Assembly: GCF_009914755.1 (NCBI RefSeq) | Contig: NC_060930.1 | Origin: the human T2T-CHM13v2.0 reference genome, Homo sapiens | DNA: 64,000 bases | Direction: 5' to 3' (one strand) | Shown here: positions 30,275-43,229 of the stretch, piece by piece | Layout: the number at the start of each line of letters is the position of its first letter | Position numbering within the stretch: the first letter of the stretch is position 1 | The notes under the pieces: model-generated | Told to the model about the DNA's origin: nothing | Seen by the model: the letters and a program-made list of their open reading frames with translations, nothing else | The model's database searches: none | Translations under genes and position numbers: made by a program

Positions 30275-31497
30275 TGAAGGTCTATCAGTTCTTGAAATTG
30301 GGTTGTTTTAAGTAACTGATGTGCTGGGATGACAGTGAAGAAGACAAGATAGGGATTCCTCTTCCTAAACTTTAGGGCCTGAAGGGACTCCTCATTGACA
30401 GCAGATGGGATTTTTAATTTCACTCTGGGATGGAGGAAGTGGAGAGGTGATCCAGGCTGGATTGAAATCTCTCAAGCCTGGGAGATTTTGCCCAAAGACT
30501 TTTGACATGGGAACAGTAGAAACATTGGGAAAATTGGACTTTCAGGTCAGCATTCTGGGTATTTCCCCAGTCTTCCCAGGGTGGGATCATCTGGCCCCAG
30601 TTATGGGAATAAGACCACATAAATAGAAGATGACTTGGGAAGTCATCTTCCCAAGGTGTCAGGGAGGAGGTGGAGGACCACTGTTCTGATCAGCCTCCTT
30701 CAACCTCACAGTGGGGTTGGTCTCAGATGGTGCCCAGGAACCTGCCAGCAGCGGCACTTTGATGGCACCAAGATCGTGGGTGCAGGGACCCAGATTTGCT
30801 TCCTACTCATGTCTCCCTACCCACTGAAAAATGGAATATCAGTGAGGAATATCTTAGAGGGCTGCCTTTGCTCCTTTTGCCAGAGAACCAATATTGGTTA
30901 TTAACAATTGGGCCACATCTGGTGTGCAGAAAAATGAATATTTTAATAGTGCTTCATAGGGTATCGTAGCATCTTATAAAAAGTGGCCCATCAAATTATT
31001 GATTCAATCATTTAAAATGCATTAGCAGAGGATGCCTATCAGACTAAGACATCCATGTTTCTGATCCAGTGAAAAGGGTCCAGGTAAGGAACACATATGA
31101 AGCCTCTTGGCATCCTTGTGTGAGCACGGTGCATGACGTGGCCATCAGTATCATTGTTTTCTTTGAGTTTTTGCTTGAGTGTTGAGATGTGTGAGGGATA
31201 GAAGATCCTTGTTTGCTTCTAGTCCTGACCTACACTGTCCATTAGGGAAATAATTTGTTTTCTTGAACCCATTATATGAATAATTTTGTTTTTAATCAAT
31301 AGAAACAAATGGTCTTTATTTAACTAACAGAAAAAATTCCAATGAGGCCAGGCCACATAGGGGTTTCTGTAAATGTCATATCATTTCTCTTCTGTCCCCT
31401 CAGCTAAGAGTATAAAAAGTTCAGGCGACCTCCAGGGGCTTTTGCCTACTTAAATAGTATTACTTAGAGATGAGCTAGTACTTGGTTTTAAAAGTAA

Positions 31498-31797
<300 letters not shown>

Positions 31798-32041
31798 CTA
31801 AAAGTAACAGTTCTAAGCTTTGTACTTACGACACCAAAAACATACAGACTGACATCTAAGTAATTAAGTCAATCATTAAGATATTTAGTTATGTCATGCA
31901 AAATAATAATCTCCAAGGAGTTCTCAAAGAATTCAGTAGTTTGATGTTATTGCCAGCACAGCCTTTCCTGAGTCCTCTTATAAATCTTAAAGAAAAATTT
32001 AAGATTTTTAATTTTTAAAGATTTAAAAATTTTTAATTAAA

Positions 32042-32309
32042 TTTTTTTTTTAGGGCTGGACTCTTGGTCTGTCGTCCAGGATAGAGGGCAGGGATGCCAT
32101 CACTACTCACTATAACCTCAAACTCCTGGGCTCAAGCAATCCTCCCACCTCAGCCTCCGGAGTAGCTGGGACTACAGGCATGCCCCACCACATTCGGCTA
32201 ATTTTTAAAATTTTTTTGTAGAGACAGGGTCTCACTATATTGTCCAGGCTGCTCTCAAAATCCTGGCCTAAAGTGATCCTCCTGCCTCAGCCTCCTGAGT
32301 AGCTGGGTT
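32042..32309 (-). mobile_element. AluJ, missing its 5' terminus
   Basis: J-type antisense sequence stopping abruptly at ...GTAGCTGGGTTA. Confidence 0.85.
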
Positions 32310-32362
32310 AGATCCTGGCAAATGAAAGGGCCCCAGCTTTGAACTACCTTTGGGGAAGATCT

Positions 32363-35300
32363 CACTGCACACGGGTTCTCACACAGCACACCCCGTCACA
32401 CACATGAACTCACACTGAGAACATATGAACACTACACACACGTTCTCACACAGCACACCCTGTCACACATATGAACTCACACTGAGAACACGGGCATCAC
32501 ACATAGGGACTCACGCACAGAGGACATGTGAACACTACACACATGTTCTCACACAGCACACGCCCCGTCACACCCATGAACTCACACCGAGAACACAACA
32601 TCACACACAGGGACTCACGCACAGAGGACATGTGAACACTACACACACGTTCTCACACAGCACACCCCGTCACACCCATGAACTCACACCGAGAACACAA
32701 CATCACACACAGGGACTCACACACAGAGGACATGTGGACACTACACACACGTTCTCACACAGCACACCCCGTCACACCCATGAACTCACACCGAGAACAC
32801 AACATCACACACAGGGACTCACGCGCAGAGGACATGTGGACACTACACACACGTTCTCACACAGCACACCCCGTCACACCCATGAACTCACACCGAGAAC
32901 ACAACATCACACACAGGGACTCACGCGCAGAGGACATGTGGACACTACACACACGTTCTCACACAGCACACCCCGTCACACCCATGAACTCACACCGAGA
33001 ACACAACATCACACACAGGGACTCACGCACAGAGGACATGTGGACACTACACACACGTTCTCACACAGCACACCCCGTCACACACATGAACTCACACCGA
33101 GAACACAACATCACACACAGGGACTCACGCACAGAGGACATGTGGACACTACACACACGTTCTCACACAGCACACCCCATCACACCCATGAACTCACACC
33201 GAGAACACAACATCACACACAGGGACTCACGCACAGAGGACATGTGGACACTACACACACGTTCTCACACAGCACACACCCCGTCACACCCATGAACTCA
33301 CACCGAGAACAAAACATCACACACAGGGACTCACGCACAGAGGACATGTGAACACTACACACACGTTCTCACACAGCACACCCCGTCACACCCATGAACT
33401 CACACCGAGAACACAACATCACACACAGGGACTCACGCACAGAGGACATGTGGACACTACACACACGTTCTCACACAGCACACCCCGTCACACCCATGAA
33501 CTCACACCGAGAACACAACATCACACATGGGGACTCACGCACAGAGGACATGTGAACACTACACACACGTTCTCACACAGCACACCCCGTCACACCCATG
33601 AACTCACACCGAGAACACAACATCACACACAGGGACTCACACGCAGAGGACATGTGGACACTACACACACGTTCTCACACAGCACACCCCGTCACACCCA
33701 TGAACTCACACCGAGAACACAACATCACACACAGGGACTCACGCGCAGAGGACATGTGGACACTACACACACGTTCTCACACAGCACACCCCGTCACACC
33801 CATGAACTCACACCGAGAACACAACATCACACACAGGGACTCACGCGCAGAGGACATGTGGACACTACACACACGTTCTCACACAGCACACCCCGTCACA
33901 CCCATGAACTCACACCGAGAACACAACATCACACACAGGGACTCACGCACAGAGGACATGTGGACACTACACACACGTTCTCACACAGCACACCCCGTCA
34001 CACACATGAACTCACACCGAGAACACAACATCACACACAGGGACTCACGCACAGAGGACATGTGGACACTACACACACGTTCTCACACAGCACACCCCAT
34101 CACACCCATGAACTCACACCGAGAACACAACATCACACACAGGGACTCACGCACAGAGGACATGTGGACACTACACACACGTTCTCACACAGCACACACC
34201 CCGTCACACCCATGAACTCACACCGAGAACAAAACATCACACACAGGGACTCACGCACAGAGGACATGTGAACACTACACACACGTTCTCACACAGCACA
34301 CCCCGTCACACCCATGAACTCACACCGAGAACACAACATCACACACAGGGACTCACGCACAGAGGACATGTGGACACTACACACACGTTCTCACACAGCA
34401 CACCCCGTCACACCCATGAACTCACACCGAGAACACAACATCACACATGGGGACTCACGCACAGAGGACATGTGAACACTACACACACGTTCTCACACAG
34501 CACACCCCGTCACACCCATGAACTCACACCGAGAACACAACATCACACACGGGGACTCACGCGCAGAGGACATGTGGACACTACACACACGTTCTCACAC
34601 AGCACACGCCCCGTCACACTCATGAACTCACACCGAGAACACAACATCACACACGGGGACTCACGCGCAGAGGACATGTGAACACTACACACATGTTCTC
34701 ACACAGCACACCCCGTCACACCCATGAACTCACACCGAGAACACAACATCACACATGGGGACTCACGCGCAGAGGACATGTGAACACTACACACACGTTC
34801 TCACACAGCACACCCCGTCACACACATGAACTCACACCGAGAACACAACATCACACACAGGGACTCACGCACAGAGGACATGTGGACACTACACACACGT
34901 TCTCACACAGCACACGCCGCATCACACCCATGAACTCACACCGAGAACACAACATCACACACAGGGACTCACGCGCAGAGGACATGTGGACACTACACAC
35001 ACGTTCTCACACAGCACACGCCGCATCACACCCATGAACTCACACCGAGAACACAACATCACACACAGGGACTCACGCACAGAGGACATGTGAACACTAC
35101 ACACATGTTCTCACACAGCACACGCCCCGTCACACCCATGAACTCACACCGAGAACACAACATCACACACGGGGACTCACGCGCAGAGGACATGTGAACA
35201 CTACACACACGTTCTCACACAGCACACCCCGTCACACCCATGAACTCACACCGAGAACACAACATCACACACAGGGACTCACGCACAGAGGACATGTGGA

Positions 35301-38300
35301 CACTACACACACGTTCTCACACAGCACACCCCGTCACACCCATGAACTCACACCGAGAACAAAACATCACACACAGGGACTCACGCACAGAGGACATGTG
35401 GACACTACACACACGTTCTCACACAGCACACGCCGCATCACACCCATGAACTCACACCGAGAACACAACATCACACACGGGGACTCACGCGCAGAGGACA
35501 TGTGAACACTACACACATGTTCTCACACAGCACACACCCCGTCACACCCATGAACTCACACCGAGAACACAACATCACACACGGGGACTCACGCACAGAG
35601 GACATGTGGACACTACACACACGTTCTCACACAGCACACCCCGTCACACCCATGAACTCACACCGAGAACACAACATCACACACGGGGACTCACGCGCAG
35701 AGGACATGTGAACACTACACACATGTTCTCACACAGCACACGCCCCGTCACACCCATGAACTCACACCGAGAACACAACATCACACACGGGGACTCACGC
35801 GCAGAGGACATGTGAACACTACACACACGTTCTCACACAGCACACCCCGTCACACCCATGAACTCACACCGAGAACACAACATCACACACGGGGACTCAC
35901 GCACAGAGGACATGTGGACACTACACACACGTTCTCACACAGCACACCCCGTCACACCCATGAACTCACACCGAGAACAAAACATCACACACAGGGACTC
36001 ACGCACAGAGGACATGTGGACACTACACACACGTTCTCACACAGCACACGCCGTCACACCCATGAACTCACACCGAGAACACATCACACACAGGGACTCA
36101 CGCGCAGAGGACATGTGGACACTACACACACGTTCTCACACAGCACACGCCGCATCACACCCATGAACTCACACCGAGAACACATCACACACAGGGACTC
36201 ACGCGCAGAGGACATGTGGACACTACACACACGTTCTCACACAGCACACCGCGTCACACCCATGAACTCACACCGAGAACAAAACATCACACACAGGGAC
36301 TCACGCACAGAGGACATGTGAACACTACACACACGTTCTCACACAGCACACCCCGTCACACCCATGAACTCACACCGAGAACACAACATCACACACAGGG
36401 ACTCACGCACAGAGGACATGTGGACACTACACACACGTTCTCACACAGCACACCCCGTCACACCCATGAACTCACACCGAGAACAAAACATCACACACAG
36501 GGACTCACGCACAGAGGACATGTGGACACTACACACACGTTCTCACACAGCACACCCCGTCACACCCATGAACTCACACCGAGAACACATCACACACAGG
36601 GACTCACGCGCAGAGGACATGTGGACACTACACACACGTTCTCACACAGCACACGCCGCATCACACCCATGAACTCACACCGAGAACACATCACACACAG
36701 GGACTCACGCGCAGAGGACATGTGGACACTACACACACGTTCTCACACAGCACACCCCGTCACACCCATGAACTCACACCGAGAACAAAACATCACACAC
36801 AGGGACTCACGCACAGAGGACATGTGAACACTACACACACGTTCTCACACAGCACACCCCGTCACACCCATGAACTCACACCGAGAACACAACATCACAC
36901 ACAGGGACTCACGCACAGAGGACATGTGGACACTACACACACGTTCTCACACAGCACACCCCGTCACACCCATGAACTCACACCGAGAACAAAACATCAC
37001 ACACAGGGACTCACGCACAGAGGACATGTGGACACTACACACACGTTCTCACACAGCACACGCCGCATCACACCCATGAACTCACACCGAGAACACATCA
37101 CACACAGGGACTCACGCGCAGAGGACATGTGGACACTACACACACGTTCTCACACAGCACACCCCGTCACACCCATGAACTCACACCGAGAACAAAACAT
37201 CACACACAGGGACTCACGCACAGAGGACATGTGGACACTACACACACGTTCTCACACAGCACACCCCGTCACACCCATGAACTCACACCGAGAACACATC
37301 ACACACGGGGACTCACGCGCAGAGGACATGTGAACACTACACACATGTTCTCACACAGCACACACCCCGTCACACCCATGAACTCACACCGAGAACACAA
37401 CATCACACACAGGGACTCACGCACAGAGGACATGTGGACACTACACACACGTTCTCACACAGCACACCCCGTCACACCCATGAACTCACACCGAGAACAC
37501 AACATCACACACAGGGACTCACGCGCAGAGGACATGTGAACACTACACACATGTTCTCACACAGCACACACCCCGTCACACCCATGAACTCACACCGAGA
37601 ACACAACATCACACACAGGGACTCACGCACAGAGGACATGTGAACACTACACACACGTTCTCACACAGCACACCCCGTCACACCCATGAACTCACACCGA
37701 GAACACAACATCACACACAGGGACTCACGCACAGAGGACATGTGGACACTACACACACGTTCTCACACAGCACACCCCGTCACACCCATGAACTCACACC
37801 GAGAACACAACATCACACACGGGGACTCACGCGCAGAGGACATGTGAACACTACACACATGTTCTCACACAGCACACACCCCGTCACACCCATGAACTCA
37901 CACCGAGAACACAACATCACACACAGGGACTCACGCACAGAGGACATGTGAACACTACACACACGTTCTCACACAGCACACCCCATCACACCCATGAACT
38001 CACACCGAGAACACATCACACACAGGGACTCACGCACAGAGGACATGTGGACACTACACACACGTTCTCACACAGCACACCCCGTCACACCCATGAACTC
38101 ACACCGAGAACAAAACATCACACACAGGGACTCACGCACAGAGGACATGTGGACACTACACACACGTTCTCACACAGCACACCCCGTCACACCCATGAAC
38201 TCACACCGAGAACACAACATCACACACGGGGACTCACGCGCAGAGGACATGTGAACACTACACACATGTTCTCACACAGCACACACCCCGTCACACCCAT

Positions 38301-38403
38301 GAACTCACACCGAGAACACAACATCACACACAGGGACTCACGCATAGAGGACATGTGAACACTACACACACGTTCTCACACAGCACACACCCCGTCACAC
38401 CCA
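32363..38403. repeat. CA-rich minisatellite, 102-bp unit (99-104 bp variants), ~59 copies
   Basis: Unit ACACGTTCTCACACAGCACACCCCGTCACACCCATGAACTCACACCGAGAACACAACATCACACACAGGGACTCACGCACAGAGGACATGTGGACACTACAC; 34-aa periodicity in the ORF track. Confidence 0.97.
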
Positions 38404-38414
38404 CACCCCCACAT

Positions 38415-39640
38415 GCGTAGACACACACATCCTTACTCTGCGTGCATCCCTGGCCTGGTGGACGGAAGATCGAGCGCTCTGGGTGGACTTACGGCCACAG
38501 GACGGGGGCAGAGTCGGCAGGGAGGCCCCTCCGAGGCCCAGTGGGCCCCGCGCTGGCCCCGGCCGCAGACGCCCACCTGCTGCTGTGCTGGCTGCGGCGT
38601 GTGCCCCGGGCTCTGCGGCTGACCTGGCCTCCACGTCTCACCCATGAAGCAGGCATGAAAGGCTGGCCAGGTTGGCTAAATGGGACCACAGCAGAAGCAT
38701 GAGCCCCAGAATGTGCACGAAGGAAGAGAGAGCCGGGGGAGGTGGCGGGCTGGGTGTGCAGAGTGGGCCTGAGCTCCGGCCTCCTCCCTGGACGCCCTCC
38801 CGTGGCCGCAGCCATCCCTGCACCCACTGGTGTGGCCTGACCCCTCACCCTGAGCCCACCCTTCGCGGCCACTAGGGAACCTCAGGAGAGGCCGCCGCGG
38901 TGGGGTGGGCGGATTCCCCCGGAGCAGGCCCAGGCCCCTGCTCCTGAGCTCTCCTGCAGCGCCGTCTGCTGGCCACAGAGAACCCGCGTGTGCCGGCCGC
39001 CAGGCCTGGGCATCTCCTCTCCTGCAGCGCCGCCTGCTGGCCACAGAGAACCCGCGTGCGCCGGCCGCCTGGCCTGGGCATCTCCTCTCCTGCAGCGCCG
39101 CCTGCTGGCCACAGAGAGCCCACGTGCGCCGGCCGCCAGGCCTGGGCATCTCCTCTCCTGCAGCGCCGCCTGCTGGCCACAGAGAACCCGCGTGCGCCGG
39201 CCGCCAGGCCTGGGCATCTCCTCTCCTGCAGCGCCGCCTGCTGGCCACAGAGAACCCGCGTGCGCCGGCCGCCAGGCCTGGGCATCTCCTCTCCTGCAGC
39301 GCCGCCTGCTGGCCACAGAGAACCCGCGTGCGCCGGCCGCCTGGCCTGGGCATCTCCTCTCCTGCAGCGCCGCCTGCTGGCCACAGAGAACCCGCGTGTG
39401 CCGGCCGCCAGGCCTGGGCATCTCCTCTCCTGCAGCGCCGCCTGCTGGCCACAGAGAACCCACGTGTGCCGGCCGCCAGGCCTGGGCATCTCCTCTCCTG
39501 CAGCGCCGCCTGCTGGCCACAGAGAACCCACGTGCGCCGGCCGCCTGGCCTGGGCATCTCCTCTCCTGCAGCGCCGCCTGCTGGCCACAGAGAACCCGCG
39601 TGCGCCGGCCGCCAGGCCTGGGCATCTCCCCGGGCCCTAG
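38415..39640. promoter_or_regulatory. CpG-island-like region
   Basis: Visibly very GC-rich with dense CpG (CCGCGCTGG, GCCGCCGCGG, CGCGTGCGCCGGCCGCC). Confidence 0.75.
38949..39629. repeat. GC-rich minisatellite, 68-bp unit x10, one CTCF-like motif per unit
   Basis: CTGCAG at 38954, 39022, 39090 ... 39566 (68-bp spacing); motif CAGCGCCGCCTGCTGGCCA. Confidence 0.95.
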
Positions 39641-41047
39641 TTCCCCCCCTCACCTAAGGGGAGGGACTCCCGTCTTTCCATCCACCCCCTCCTTGCCTCT
39701 GCAGAGCTCCAGGGAAGGCTGGCACCCGCTCACTGCATTTAGACTCCATCAGGTTCAGACAGTGGGTCAGGGTACAAGGCTTCAGCGGCCAGGGATGTGG
39801 CCTCTAATTTGTAGAGAGAAAGAAGGGCAGAGGCAAAGGTTTGGGCCCAGGGACTGGGCTCCGTTTCCAGAATCACTCTTGGAGCTGGTGAGCAGAGGGC
39901 TGGACACTGCCCTCCATGACCAGCACTGCCCTCCACCCTAGCTCACTCCCCTAGCTGGCCCAGGGGTTCAGGCTTTCCTTTCATAAAGTGGGGTCCAGGA
40001 AAGGCAAAACCTCCTCCCCTGGGCCACACGAACCGTGGTGCACAGGCTCCCACTAGGTGGGCCAGTCAGCTCATCCCATGGACACACCAGGGGCATCGAG
40101 AAAGGAATAGCGACCTGAACCCCATACCCGAAGGGTGGCCCTCAGGACCCCCAAGGCAGGGAACAGGCTGCAGAGGGTTTGGGGGAGCATCTTGGTGCAT
40201 AGAAAACAAACACTCTGGGAAGCTGCTGTGAGTGTGTGTGGCTCTCAGGCCTGTTCTGTCCTGGGTGCGCTGCGTTCCCCAGGCGGCACCATCTCTCTGC
40301 CTCTGTACCCTTGAATTCCCTCTGCCTGCACCCGGTCCCCACCCACCTCCTGCCCAGCCCCACAAGCCCTTCCAGACCACTGCTGGGGCATTCCTGGGCC
40401 CCCTCGGTTCTTGGTGACTACCATGCAGTTCTCTATGGAAACTGACTCTCACTGAAAACAAGTGTAACCGTCTACCTGAGAGACTCACACAGAGTTCTCA
40501 GCCAGGTCTCCAGGACAATCAGACGCAACTTGTCATTCTCACTCATCCCATCACCCGACTAGCTTCTCAGCCCAGCCCCGGGGGAGGTTTTCCCCTTACT
40601 TGAAATGCCTCTTGGATTTGAAAAATCCCAGCGTTCACCCCTGGTGCCGACACTTGCCTCTGTAACCTTCTGCCTGCTGCTTTGCTCTCATCCAGACCGG
40701 TTGGCACTTGGACCCCTCTGGCCAGCTGGTTCCCCAGAGACAACCATCTTGCCCACCTTGTGGAAGGCCCCATGGCCTGCGTCACCCCTCACTCCCATTT
40801 CACAGCTCTCGTGGTGCTCTACAAGAAAAATCTGCTTTATAGATGAGGAAAGGCCCTTGGGGCAGACAAGACAGTCCCTGTTTGACATAATTCCTTTATC
40901 TCTTCTCCCCCAGCTCTGCTGCCCCCTGCCCCATACACGTGATGGAGCAGAAAACGTGCTGTGTGAACCTGTGACTTCAGGGCCTGTTGACGTGGTCGTG
41001 CTTGCATACTCTCTGGTGAGGGGTGGGGAGAGGGGGTGGGAGACGGG

Positions 41048-41339
41048 TAGAAATAGATGAAGTAGATGATGGGTGGATTGCTGGCTAGATAGATGATAGA
41101 TAGGGATAGGTGGTATATGGGTGATAGGTAACAGGTGATGGATAGATGATAGAAATAGATGATGGATAGATACTTGATAGGCAAATTAGATAATAGATAG
41201 CAATAGATGAACTAGATGATAGATGGAAAGGTAGGTAGGTAGATATATGATAGATGGTTGATAGATAAAAATAGATGAAATAGATGGCATGGTTAGATAG
41301 GTGGGTAGGTAGATAGATGACAGATAGAAAGACAATAGA
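41048..41339. repeat. Degenerate (TAGA/GATG)n repeat
   Basis: Direct read. Confidence 0.9.
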
Positions 41340-42325
41340 CCACTGGGGGCTGAGCCTGGCCTGAGCCAGAAAAGTGAGAAGGGGACAGCGGTGAGGACCC
41401 CACAGGTCCCTGCTCTCACCCCTATTAGCCCCAGTGTTTGGCCTCAGCTCTGACTGACAGCTCCCTCTTTCCGAGATGAGACTCAAGAGGAGGAAGAGGG
41501 GACTTCCTAAGGACAGGGATTCTTGGTGTCTCCTTGGGGGTGGTAGACACTGCCTGCCTCGCCTGCTGTGGCCTCTCTGCACACAACCAACGACCCCTAA
41601 AGGGCTCCATGGGCGCCCATGCTGCCCCCATCAGCTGACACCCCCTGTGCGAAGATTCTCCTCCTCCTCTTCCTCCTGCCTTTCTGTCCCCTCATCCTCC
41701 TCTTTATGGAATTAACTTCCCTTGGTCAACATCTTCCTGCTTCACTCACTTCCCTAAACTCCTCCCTATCCCTTCTCAATCTGCAAGAAAAATGTAGAAG
41801 GAATATGGTAAAGGAAAGCTTTGAGCCCATATTTGGGTCCAATGCCGACACCACATGCCCCAAAGCCCCCTTGAGAGCATCCACGTCCGTGTAGTTGAGT
41901 ATTGCCCGAGCTGGAGTGAGATTTGCCTCTCTACGGAGCTGCCTTCCTGCAGTTCAAGAGCACTGTCTCTTTTCTGGGCCTCCTGCCTGGTGCAAGGGCC
42001 CCAGCTGAGCCTCCTCCAGCTCTGACCTCTGGTGGTTCCGGGCTGCCCCAGAGGGTCTTGCCCAGGCTCTGACACTTGGCATGGTCTGGGAGCTCCAGCA
42101 GCCACAGCCCAGCCCTGGGGAGGCTTTGTGGTCTCTGAGGGGGAAGGTGCACTCCCCCAACTCCAGTTCATGTTTTTCCCTCCAACTCTAAGCCTTTTTC
42201 TTCCTCTGCTATTACCCAGGCACCCTACCCTGTCAACAACACTGGCCTTCAAGACCCTTTGTAGCATAACTCCCACCTATAACTCCCACCTGAAGCCAGC
42301 CCTTCCCACCTCTGCGCCTCTGATG

Positions 42326-42468
42326 CCCAGGACAGCTCTGACCATGGGCAGCTCTGACCCAGGACAGCTCTGACCTTGGGCAGCCCTGATCTGGGGCAGC
42401 TCTGACCTCGAGTAGCTGTGACCCTGGGCAGCTCTGACTCTGGGTAGTCGTGACCCTGGGGAACTCTC
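42326..42468. repeat. 16-bp degenerate tandem repeat (GGGCAGCTCTGACCCT-like), ~9 copies
   Basis: CAGCTCTGACC recurring at 16-bp spacing. Confidence 0.85.
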
Positions 42469-43229
42469 AGCACGGGGGTTGCATGCTCCTGTTTAGACAG
42501 CTGCTGTCCCCCAAGCTGGCTCACTATCCCATGTTGGAGTGCACTGTTCGGGGCTGCCTGCCTGGATTGATGCAGGGAAACTTGGTTCCAGCCCACCTCC
42601 TCCTGCGGAGGCTGAGTCAGGGGCTCTTCCCTCGGCCAGGCTGAAAGGCAGCAGTTGGTCCCCCTGTGAGGTCTTCCACATGGCCTGGGAGAGTCTCCCC
42701 ATCTCTTCAGGCAGAAGGGAGGACAGTCCATAATGTTCCTTCCAGTCGTCTGATTTGTCATTTTTCTACCCCAAATCTTGCACTTTAACCCCATAGAGAG
42801 CTCCTGAAGGGGGAATTTTAACTGGCAAAACTCAGAACTCCATCCAAACACAACCGAAACCATCCTGGGTGGCTTAGAGGTGGCTGCCTCCCAGACAAGT
42901 CCATAGCCCCACAGAAACGTCTGGTCCTTCACCTGCCAGAGCTCAGGCTTTTTGGTTGAAGCCGGAGACAGGCCCAGCTCAGAGTGTGCCCCGGTTTATC
43001 CTGAACACCGACTTGGTGCGGTGTGTGTGACAGACCAGCGAAGCGGGTCTTGCTGCCTGTCCTGTGGTTGGCCCTTGGCTCCCAGCCTCGAGTCCTACCC
43101 TTAGGCCAGGTCAGAGCAGGTTCAGCAGCAGGACTGGCTAGGCACCACCCAGGCTCATGAGGTGGCTTTGTGGGGAGGAAATGAGGTTTTTTTTTTTCTC
43201 TTGTAAAGTTGCTTGTTGTTAATTTAAAA

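Noticed and set aside
32425-38358. His/Thr-rich ORFs up to 308 aa
   Set aside because: By-product of a 102-bp (3n) CA-rich repeat; frames break at +2 unit variants; no domain-like composition
38489-39941. Overlapping 200-325 aa ORFs in all six frames
   Set aside because: GC-rich 68-bp repeat lacking stop codons; open on both strands, typical of a non-coding VNTR
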